Shown piece after piece: positions 27,371-36,500 of a stretch of DNA of 64,000 nucleotides. The stretch comes from a virus. The stretch spans positions 52,371 to 116,370 of the IMG/VR virus record IMGVR_UViG_3300027969_000055. One strand, 5' to 3'. The notes beneath the pieces are model-generated. The model ran no database searches. It saw only the letters and a program-made list of their open reading frames with translations, and was not told where the DNA came from. Numbering within the stretch: the first letter of the stretch is position 1; each line of letters starts with the position of its first letter. The translations under genes and the position numbers were made by a program.

Positions 27371-28096
27371 TTAGTGATATTTGTTTGAAAATTTAGCTGC
27401 TGGGTATACTTTTTTAGCAAAAGCTATCCAAGAAGCCATAACTTTTTCAAATTCAGATTGAGAAATTACACCAGTTTTAATAAATGGGTTTAGGTATTCC
27501 GAAAATTCCTGATCAATTGGGACTCTTTTCTTTTTAGCAGATGCATACATGCCGGCTACCATTGCTGGAATTTCATCAGCTAGTAAAAAATACTGATAAT
27601 TATTTTGAGCACGAGCCCTTACTGATTTTCGGGTATTGATAATATGCCCAGCCCTTTGGTTTATACCTTTTTGTAAAAGATGTTCAAGCTCGTGTCGGAT
27701 ATTATCAACAAGTTTATAATTTAGCGCTGGATAACATTGAGGTTCGGCTTCTGGACTAATGTAAATAACTACTTCAATTTCAGGTTCTTCTACTGAATTT
27801 GCATTTGGAATAAATGCATTTGCGTCTATTGCAAAACCTTTATTTTCAAAATTAATTATCTCTGAAGGAATACCGCTAAACTCCTTAGCGATAGAAGTAT
27901 CAAATTCCTCAACTCTAACCACTTTAATTGATAAAGTAAATTCAAGTGGATTAGTATATGTAAATTCTTTAAATATTTCTTTGCCTAGCTTAGACCCTGA
28001 GGTTTTCTTAATTACGCTAAATAAATCTTTAGCAAAAATTGAGGCAAGAGAATCGTACTTTGATTCAAATATGAATTGTGAAAATCGTTTTATCAT
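27371..28096 (-). CDS. HExxH putative zinc metallopeptidase with an N-terminal capsid-targeting-like motif
   Basis: IRHELEHLLQ plus downstream Y...DEIPA; N-terminus MIKRFSQFIFE. Confidence 0.65.
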   Translation of the reverse strand: MIKRFSQFIFESKYDSLASIFAKDLFSVIKKTSGSKLGKEIFKEFTYTNPLEFTLSIKVVRVEEFDTSIAKEFSGIPSEIINFENKGFAIDANAFIPNANSVEEPEIEVVIYISPEAEPQCYPALNYKLVDNIRHELEHLLQKGINQRAGHIINTRKSVRARAQNNYQYFLLADEIPAMVAGMYASAKKKRVPIDQEFSEYLNPFIKTGVISQSEFEKVMASWIAFAKKVYPAAKFSNKYH

Positions 28097-28671
28097 TTTT
28101 TAGATTTGATAAAATTTACTTCTAATTTATTGGTTGACGTCGATAGTTTAGCATCAAAATCTATATCAATATCACCTTTGTCAATACCTAGTTTTTTACT
28201 AGACATTGCTGATTTTAGTTTATCATAAACTTCTTTATCTAGAAAACCTTCACCTCTAAGGGCATCAACTATGTCATTTTTCTTTGAATCTAATTGGTTA
28301 TCCGTGATCCATTTATCCAAATCGGCTTGATTAATTTGATATTCTTTAAATCGCTTAACTCCTCCGCCTCCAGTATATTTAGAATGCCATTTCTTATCAT
28401 CATCAATTAATACTACGTTAATATCGCCAGTTTGACCAGCGGTTGGAGCTGGCGCATTTGGGTCTGGTGGTAATTCAGCAGTTGCAAATGGATCAGTTGG
28501 AGCCGGAGCCGTTGCTGGCGCTGGTGAATTTTCGGAAGGTAATGGAGCAGGTTCAACCGCTGGAGCGGCGTCAGTCTCACTAGGAGATGGGGGTTCAACT
28601 GGTGGTGGAGTTGGAGCAGGTTCATCAGCTTCCAATAATAACTTAAATTGTCTAAAGTCTAGTATTTCCAT
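28093..28671 (-). CDS. Pro/Ala-rich protein, putative internal head protein
   Basis: MEILDFRQFKLLLE N-terminus, long PA-rich linker, late promoter upstream. Confidence 0.65.
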   Translation of the reverse strand: MEILDFRQFKLLLEADEPAPTPPPVEPPSPSETDAAPAVEPAPLPSENSPAPATAPAPTDPFATAELPPDPNAPAPTAGQTGDINVVLIDDDKKWHSKYTGGGGVKRFKEYQINQADLDKWITDNQLDSKKNDIVDALRGEGFLDKEVYDKLKSAMSSKKLGIDKGDIDIDFDAKLSTSTNKLEVNFIKSKK

Positions 28672-28691
28672 AAATATCGTAATTGTTATGG

Positions 28692-28700
28692 TTATTTATA
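28692..28700 (-). promoter_or_regulatory. late promoter TATAAATAA
   Basis: Exact consensus right after the nrdA terminator, about 20 bp before the 28671 start. Confidence 0.7.
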
Positions 28701-28706
28701 AACAAA

Positions 28707-28729
28707 AATAGGAGCACAAGGCTCCTATT
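28707..28729 (-). terminator. terminator after nrdA
   Basis: aataggagc-acaag-gctcctatt with a U-run on the - strand. Confidence 0.8.
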
Positions 28730-28748
28730 CAGATTAGGTTAAGTTAGA

Positions 28749-31178
28749 TTATGATCCGCAGGCCTCACATGCTTCAGGATTATCAAGGGAGCATGAAATA
28801 TTTTCTAAATTATCAGTATCGTCTATTATAATTGGCACAAACGATTGAACTGGCTGAACTATTTTAGCTGCAGTATTTAAACCCAATCCAGCAATCGCTG
28901 AACTAGCGGCTTCCGTTCTAAGATAATACATGCCGGTTTTTAAACCTCTTTTCCATGAATGAAAATGGGCTGATGTTAATTTTGCAGTATTTACATCTCT
29001 AAAAAATAGATTTAGTGACTGTGATTGGCAAATAAATTTACCGCGATCGGCTGACATATCAATTATGGTCTTTTGAGAAATTTCCCAAACTGTTTTATAA
29101 ACTGATCTTAATTCTTCAGGAATTTCAGCAATATTTTGTACAGAGCCTTTTTCTAAAATAATACGGTTTCTCATATTATCTCCCCAAAGACCTAATTCAA
29201 CAAGATCCCTAACTAGGTGTTTATTAACAACTATAAATTCGCCAGCTAATGTTCTTCTAGTTCCAATATTTGAGGTAAACGCTTCAAACGCTTCGTTATT
29301 ACCCATAATTTGAGCAGTTGATGCAGTTGGCATAGGAGCAAGCAATAGAGAATTTCTTGCTCCATGTTTCATAAGTTTCTTACGAAGTGCTGCCCAATTC
29401 CAACGACCTGATAATTGATCTTCGTTAACGTCCCAAAGATTAAATTGAAATTGGCCAGTGCTTAATGGAGAACCTTCATATGATGCGTATGCCCCATCCT
29501 TCTTTGCAAGATCAATTGATGCTTCCATTGCGGCAAAGTAAATCGTTTCAAAGATCTCAGAGTTTAATTTCTTTGAGGCTTCTCCACCAAATTCAATTCC
29601 CATTATTGCAAAAGTATCAGCTAACCCCTGAATACCGATTCCGATTGGACGATGCATTAAGTTAGATGTTTTAGTTTCTACAGTAGGGTAGAAGTTTACG
29701 TCAATTACTTTATTTAGGTTTAAAGTTGTTTGGTATGCTACCTCATATAGAGCCTCATGGTCGTACTCGCAATGCGGTTTTTTTAATTTACCAGTACGTT
29801 TGCCTATCGTAATAAATTGATTTACTGGAATAGAGGCTAAGTTACAAACAGCCTGTTCTTCCTTTGATGTATATTCAATAATTTCAGTACATAAGTTTGA
29901 AGACTTAATTGTTCCTAAATTCTTTTGATTTGATTTACGGTTAGCTGAGTCTTTAAAAAGAATATATGGGGTTCCAGTTTCAACTTGAGATTCAAGAATT
30001 TTTTGCCATAGTGTTCTAGCTTTCATGGTAGAGCGGCCTTTGCCTTCAGCTTCAAGTCTTTCATAATTGGTTTCAAATTCTTCTCCGTACATTTCCCAAA
30101 GCTCGCAATCAATTTCAGCTGGACAGAATAGTGTCCAATCTCCATCTTCTTCCACGCGCTTCATAAAGAGATCAGGAGTCCACATAGCTAAGAAAAGATC
30201 CCTAGCCCTACGTTCTTCTTTACCGTGATTTTTTCTTAAATCTAAGAAGTCTTCAACATCTGCATGCCAAGGCTCTAAGTAAATAGCAAAAGAACCTTTT
30301 CTTTTTCCTCCGCCTTGATCAACATAACGAGCAGTCTCATTATAAACTTTTAACATTGGAATAATTCCGTTTGATGTACCGTTGGTTCCTTTAATATAGG
30401 CACCAGTTGCTCGGATGTTTGAAATTGATAAACCTATACCTCCAGCATTTTGAGAAATAGCAGCAACATCAGAGAGTGTTTTGTAGATACCTGCGATTGA
30501 ATCCTCTTGCATAGTTAATAAGAAACACGAAGATAATTGTGGACGCTTTGTTCCAGCATTAAATAGAGTAGGAGTTGCATGAGTCATTTTATGTGTTGAT
30601 AAAAGCTCATAGGTTTTTAATACATTCTGGATATCAGTACCCCAAATACCAACTGCGACTCTCATATATAAACTTTGAGGAGTTTCTGCTGGCTGGCCAT
30701 GGGTTTTTAATAAGTAACTTTTCTCAAGAGTTTTAAATCCAAAGTAGTCAAAGTTAAGATCGCGATCATGGATAATCGCTTCGTTTAAAGTTTCTCTGTT
30801 CTTCTGTACAGCAGCATAAGTTTCATCAGAAATTATACCAGCCACCTTTCCAGTCTTTGGATCTATGTAATTATATAGATGATCAATGGTATCACTGAAT
30901 GACTTGTGGGTCGTTTTGTGTAATCTTGTAATTGCAATTCTAGCTGCAAGGATTGAATAGTCTGGATGTATATGGGCTAATGCTGCAGCGGTTTCAGCTG
31001 CAAGTAGATCAAGTTGTTGAGTACTAATTCCATCGTATATTCCAGATACAACTTTGGTTGATACTTCAAGAGCATCAACGTATTCTGTGTCTAATCCATA
31101 AGTTTGTTTTTTAATTCGGTTTGTTATTTTATCTAGCTTTAGGGTTTCGCTATGCCCGTCTCTTTTTATTACCTTCAT
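28749..31178 (-). CDS. nrdA: Ribonucleotide reductase class Ia alpha subunit
   Basis: ATP cone, ATPTLFNAG, SSCFL, SNLCTE, APMPTAST, KTGMYYLR and C-terminal CEACGS. Confidence 0.96.
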   Translation of the reverse strand: MKVIKRDGHSETLKLDKITNRIKKQTYGLDTEYVDALEVSTKVVSGIYDGISTQQLDLLAAETAAALAHIHPDYSILAARIAITRLHKTTHKSFSDTIDHLYNYIDPKTGKVAGIISDETYAAVQKNRETLNEAIIHDRDLNFDYFGFKTLEKSYLLKTHGQPAETPQSLYMRVAVGIWGTDIQNVLKTYELLSTHKMTHATPTLFNAGTKRPQLSSCFLLTMQEDSIAGIYKTLSDVAAISQNAGGIGLSISNIRATGAYIKGTNGTSNGIIPMLKVYNETARYVDQGGGKRKGSFAIYLEPWHADVEDFLDLRKNHGKEERRARDLFLAMWTPDLFMKRVEEDGDWTLFCPAEIDCELWEMYGEEFETNYERLEAEGKGRSTMKARTLWQKILESQVETGTPYILFKDSANRKSNQKNLGTIKSSNLCTEIIEYTSKEEQAVCNLASIPVNQFITIGKRTGKLKKPHCEYDHEALYEVAYQTTLNLNKVIDVNFYPTVETKTSNLMHRPIGIGIQGLADTFAIMGIEFGGEASKKLNSEIFETIYFAAMEASIDLAKKDGAYASYEGSPLSTGQFQFNLWDVNEDQLSGRWNWAALRKKLMKHGARNSLLLAPMPTASTAQIMGNNEAFEAFTSNIGTRRTLAGEFIVVNKHLVRDLVELGLWGDNMRNRIILEKGSVQNIAEIPEELRSVYKTVWEISQKTIIDMSADRGKFICQSQSLNLFFRDVNTAKLTSAHFHSWKRGLKTGMYYLRTEAASSAIAGLGLNTAAKIVQPVQSFVPIIIDDTDNLENISCSLDNPEACEACGS

Positions 31179-31192
31179 CGTTTTTAATATTT

Positions 31193-32155
31193 TTAAAATT
31201 CTGCGTCTAATGAAAAACCTGTGTTATCTCCAGATTTTACCCCTGCTTTTTGATATTCACCTACTCTTTTTTCGAAAAAATTAGTTTTTCCATTGAGTGC
31301 AATATTTACCATAAAGTCAAAAGGATTTGTTGAATTAAATACTGGATTACAGCCTAACTCTGATAATAATCGATCGGTTACAAATTCTAAGTATTGAGCC
31401 ATTAAATCTGAATTCATGCCGATTAATTTAACAGGAAGAGCGTCTATAATAAACTCTTTCTCTATTTCTAAGGCCGATAATATAATTTCTTTGATTCTTT
31501 CTGGCGATACTTTATTTTCAATGTGATTATTATGTAAGTGTACTGCAAAATCAGTATGCGAGCCTTCATCCCTAGAAATAAGTTCATTAGAAAAACTTAG
31601 TCCAGGCATAAGTCCTCTTTTCTTAAGCCAAAAAATTGAACAAAATGAGCCTGAGAAGAATATTCCTTCAACTGCAGCAAATGCAATAAGTCTTTCCTGG
31701 AAAGTAGAGTTTTCAATCCATCTTAGTGCCCATTCAGCTTTTTTCTGAACGGCTGGGATTGTATCAATTGCTCTTAATAGATGCATTTTTTCTTCTTGAT
31801 CAGTAATATACGTATCAATTAGGAGAGAATAGGTTTCAGAGTGAATATTTTCCATCATGATTTGAAATCCGTAAAAGAATTTAGCTTCCGGGTATTGGAC
31901 TTCTTTTAAAAAGTTCTCAGCCAAGTTTTCATTAACGATTCCATCACTTGCGGCAAAGAATGCAAGTACATGTTTAATAAAATGACGTTCTCCATCATTA
32001 AGATTTTTTCTCCAGTCAACCAAATCAGCGGCTAAATCAATTTCTTCAGCTGTCCAGAATGAAGCTTCTGACTTTTTGTAAAATTCCCAGAGGTCGTGGT
32101 GCTGGATCGGGAAGACAACGAATCGGTTTGGATTCTCGGTTAAGATTTTTTCCAT
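31193..32155 (-). CDS. nrdB: Ribonucleotide reductase class Ia beta subunit
   Basis: [31 protein letters not shown] and NFFEKRV motifs. Confidence 0.96.
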   Translation of the reverse strand: MEKILTENPNRFVVFPIQHHDLWEFYKKSEASFWTAEEIDLAADLVDWRKNLNDGERHFIKHVLAFFAASDGIVNENLAENFLKEVQYPEAKFFYGFQIMMENIHSETYSLLIDTYITDQEEKMHLLRAIDTIPAVQKKAEWALRWIENSTFQERLIAFAAVEGIFFSGSFCSIFWLKKRGLMPGLSFSNELISRDEGSHTDFAVHLHNNHIENKVSPERIKEIILSALEIEKEFIIDALPVKLIGMNSDLMAQYLEFVTDRLLSELGCNPVFNSTNPFDFMVNIALNGKTNFFEKRVGEYQKAGVKSGDNTGFSLDAEF

Positions 32156-32205
32156 TTCTATGATTTTTTTGGTTTAAAGGTATGTGTTGAATAGTTAAAA
32201 TAGTA

Positions 32206-32300
32206 TTAGCCAGGTCAACTGGCTAACAATAAAATGCGTGGTATTTTTTGTTTCAAATAATAAGTTTTTATTATTTATACTGAAACTATAATACCACGCA
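32206..32300 (-). promoter_or_regulatory. structured nrdB leader: 66-bp imperfect inverted repeat containing TATAAATAA, plus an 8-bp hairpin
   Basis: tgcgtggtatt/aataccacgca, gtttca/tgaaac and aataataa/ttattatt stems; ttagccag/ctggctaa. Confidence 0.65.
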
Positions 32301-32310
32301 AGTATTAAAA

Positions 32311-33495
32311 TTAGACGAAATCGTATCTTAATTGTTTACGAATTGCGTCAACTTTATGGACATGTAATTGGCCAGAGTCAGAAATTTTAGTTCGGCCCTT
32401 TAGATGGTTTACATCACTTTTAAAAGTACTTTCACCATCTGGCATATTTATTGTAATTGAGAAATCAGATTTATCTAATGAATAGTTTAAGGTTTGACCT
32501 TCAATTTTGTTTTTAAGATCTTGCCATTGAAGCTGCTCTTGACCTATTTTTGAATATGAATCGGTTAAGATGATACGAGGTTCACCTTTTTTAATTATAA
32601 CGTCCTTAACGTAAAATTCAATAGTATCACCAGACCGATATTGTTTACTAACTTCTTCATAATTTTCAAACTCCGTTTTATGAAGTAATCCAGTAAAGTA
32701 GTTTTGGAATTCAACAAACATTCCAAAGTCATATGGCTTATTTGTTAAAATACCTGTGTATTTTTCTCCAATATTAAGGTCGTGAACTTTTTGAGGCAGA
32801 GTTTGTTTAATATATTTCTTGTATGAAACAATGAATAGATCATTAGTTGCATCGTAATTCTCAATCATTACTGGAAGTTCCTTATTCAAATATTCATTAA
32901 AGTCTCTAATTACGTTAGCTGCAGCATGCGAACCTGGTAAAAAGCATTTAACAGTTCCTTTATAAAGTGCAAGGTATCCTCCTTTAACTAAGTTGGTAAC
33001 TTTAACATAGAACCATTTTTCAGTTTTTAAGTAGTCTTCTAAATCTTCACGATGAGATAAAGCAGCACAACGTTTTTCTGAACCTAAGAAGTCTCCATTA
33101 TCATTTTTGTAAATAATAACTTTAAAACTGTGGTTAACTTCATTGTGTACTAATAATGAAGGCTCAGAGCTAAATTCTCTAAATGGAACAAAGATAGTAG
33201 ACAAAGATGCATTATCTTGAACTTCAATCATTTTCTCATCAAAGTCAATTTTCTTAGCAGTAACTGTACACACTTTACCGAGTTCAAAATCTTTATTTGA
33301 TGGTACAAATGAGGTTTTTGAATTTGATGAAAAGTACATATCGTACAATTCTTGAGCATAGGGCTCTTTACAGAAAATTTTAAGACCAGAGCGTTGATCT
33401 TCTGGCGTTAATTTAATTGTTTGATTGATTTTAGAATTCCCTTGACTGAACAGTAGGTCGAAGTCAATTAATTCTTTGGTGTTGTCTTTTTGCAT
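32311..33495 (-). CDS. Ribosomal protein S1-like multi-S1-domain protein
   Basis: KGGY..CFLPGSH..IVSYK and G.LTNK.YDFGMFVEF..TGLLHKTE are bS1-type S1 repeats. Confidence 0.8.
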   Translation of the reverse strand: MQKDNTKELIDFDLLFSQGNSKINQTIKLTPEDQRSGLKIFCKEPYAQELYDMYFSSNSKTSFVPSNKDFELGKVCTVTAKKIDFDEKMIEVQDNASLSTIFVPFREFSSEPSLLVHNEVNHSFKVIIYKNDNGDFLGSEKRCAALSHREDLEDYLKTEKWFYVKVTNLVKGGYLALYKGTVKCFLPGSHAAANVIRDFNEYLNKELPVMIENYDATNDLFIVSYKKYIKQTLPQKVHDLNIGEKYTGILTNKPYDFGMFVEFQNYFTGLLHKTEFENYEEVSKQYRSGDTIEFYVKDVIIKKGEPRIILTDSYSKIGQEQLQWQDLKNKIEGQTLNYSLDKSDFSITINMPDGESTFKSDVNHLKGRTKISDSGQLHVHKVDAIRKQLRYDFV

Positions 33496-33522
33496 ATGTT
33501 ATTGTTTAAACGTTGCTATTTA

Positions 33523-33549
33523 ATTATACATAAAAAAAGTCAGTAGTTT
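33523..33549 (-). promoter_or_regulatory. non-late promoter motif AAAC-N16-GTATAAT
   Basis: Upstream of the S1-like gene. Confidence 0.6.
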
Positions 33550-36500
33550 TATGAAGTATGCATTCCTGGGTCAATAAAAATACTAGGTGACCATGCGGTT
33601 GGATAGAGTCCTGGCATTTTTGATTGGAACAACAGAGTACCAGTTGAAGTTATACTTCCTCTCCATGCAAGTTCATCTAAAAATATTGCAAATAATGGGT
33701 TTTTATGAGTTAATCTTTCCCATGGAGGAAGATCGTCCTGGTTAAAAAATGGGCTTGATGCAAGTCTGGCAACTTGAACTCCAGGTTTACTACCAAAGGC
33801 ACATGCTAGAATTGCAGCTAAATAGGCAATTTCTTTAACAACCGGTTCAGTTGCAGTAATTACTGGAATATACGCAGCTTTTAATAAATTAATTGCATCT
33901 AAATTTGCTAATTTAAGTTTAGATGAGTTTGGTATTTTTAATTGAATTGCCATTAATGCTAGTTTAAGTGGAAGAATATATGGATTAGCTGAATCAATTA
34001 TAGTAAAACTTAAGTCTTTTAAAGTTTTAGTTAGGGACAAAATCGGATCAATTATTGTTTTTAATGGTTGTAAAATTCCATCAATTGCTGCATTTAATAA
34101 ACCTTTAATTAATTCAACCAAATCAGTTGATGTAAGTAGAGCAAAATAGCTAACAATGTCAAGCGGTAACAATGGAATTTTTGGAAGTTTTATATTAAAC
34201 CCATTCGGTAATGTTACTGAAACGTATTTTGATGAGTTGTTGGTAGAAACTGTTGCAAATTCAGAATTTCCACATGGAATCTGTTTAAGAATATCTTGTA
34301 GAGAACTTGAGTTTGTTCCTTGGTTTGCAGTTAGCATATCGCCAGCATCAGATAACATTCTAAGTATTAATTCAAGTAAATACGCAATTGCTGCTTTAAG
34401 TAATGGTTTAATTACAATATCCAATGGTATTACTATTTGAAGTGGAAATGGTGCGCCTAGTGGATTTGGAGATTGTGGAATTGTTAGTGCAGTTAATATT
34501 GGTAATATTATTGCTTGTGAAATTGATATAATATCAGGTTTTTCAGGTAAAACAATCGGTGGAAGTAATCCAAGTAATGAATTAAATAGAGTGGTTATTG
34601 TAGATATTCCAATTTCTTCAAGTGAATCACCTAACAAACTTTTTAAAACATCAACTGTTAGCCCTGATAAAAATGCATCAAGTAGTGCATTAAAAATTCC
34701 AAGAGCTGCAAGAATTTGTGGTGAAACTATGTCTAATGGAGGAGGCGGAGCTGCACAGCACGGAGCAGCTGGGTCAAACAGTTTTAAATTAGGAGCAGCA
34801 ACTGATAGCGTAGTAAACGTTAAGGCTTTTTGAAGACGTTCTTTTCTTAATTTTGCGGCTTTTTTAATTTTACCTTTCTCAACATCACTTAAGTTTGGGT
34901 CAATATCTTCATCTGCTGGATTTGAATTTCCTTGTAAATAGTCTAATGCTTTATTTGAATATTCTTTAATTGCTTTTTTAAATTCTCTAACATCTTCTGC
35001 TTTATTTAAGTTAAATGTTTTCTTACTTTTTAACTTAGAGGTATCAACTTGAGCCGCCATTCTTTTTATTTTTGCAATAAGGTCAGTCGATTCAAGATCA
35101 AAACCTAATAGACCTTTTGCTGCTTTTTCAATAGTTGGTTGCAATCCACTAATTGCTGATGGCAGTTTTGGATTAAGTTTAGTTGGACTATCCGGAAAGG
35201 AAATTGTTCCTAATTTTATTTTATCAATATACTTATCAAAATCAGCCAATACTCCTGAGATTTTAGAAGATAGTTGGATTGGGTCCAATGATCGTGCGGC
35301 TTTTTTTGCTTCGCGTTTCTTTTTTAAGTCGGACTCATTCTCTGCGCCCATTACTTGGGATTGACGGTCCTTTCTGGTTTTATCCTTTAACTTAGTAACG
35401 GCAGTTATTTGCATTTCTCCCAATTTATCAAATTGGCGATTCAGACTTCTTTTAAAATCAGCAATTTGTTTATCAAAGTCTTTTGACAAATCTAAATCTA
35501 GAAAGTTCATCATTTTTTCTAAATCTGATGTGTATTTGGTTATATAGGTTAATGGATCGATTTCGCCAATTGGTGTTCCATCCCTTGTTGTAATTTTAGG
35601 TTTTTTACCAAGTGCTAAATCAGCAGTAAACGCTGCAAGCCTAACTGCTTTTGCTGCATTTCCTGAAACAGTTAAGGGTATACTTAAGGCACCTTTAACT
35701 AATTGTCCTTTAAATGGATTTGCTGGATCAAGACCTATTGGATTTTGAGATGCAGAGGTTTGGTCAATTTCAAATCCATATTTTATAGACATAGGGGTAG
35801 AATACAATAATGGAATATTTGGAGCAAGTAACATATACTTATTACCATCTGGCGCAAAATACAGTATATAAATGCTAGGTAATGGTATTCCAACTATTGC
35901 GATTGGCATAGTTATGAAAGTAACAAGTGTTCCAACTGGCGTGGATAAAGTAAATAGAGTTCTCCATTTTTGAGGTAATGTAATTAAGGCAATGCCAATT
36001 GGGGTTGGAATAATATTATTAATTGGATAATATCTAAATGGCGGAGCAGTTAGGTCTGGAATCGGTAAAAGGCTTACTTTATTTAATGATTTTGTAAATT
36101 CTTTCCAATAACAACTATTGGTCATATCTGGTAAACTTGCATCATTGCCGCCTAGTGTTCTAATGAATAGCGGATCTTGTCCAAGTTTTTTCTTTGTTTC
36201 AGCTTCGCAATCTTTAGTTGGAATAGAGGTTGCGGCCGGTCCTTTAAAGCAGGCAACATCAGAAATTCTTTTGGCTAGAACTTCTTGATCCATTGAATTT
36301 TCCTTTATTTTTGAGTCCAATAATTCAATTTCAGTATTACACTCTTTTATTTTTTCAAGTAATTCAGAATAACACTTAGTATAATAAGCTAATTTTTCAG
36401 GTAAAACTGAATCAAGCGGACTATACTTAAAGGTTCCATTTGAGTAAATACTTGAGGTGTTTGCTCTGTATGAAGTAGGTCTAGCTAATTTAAGTTGAGA

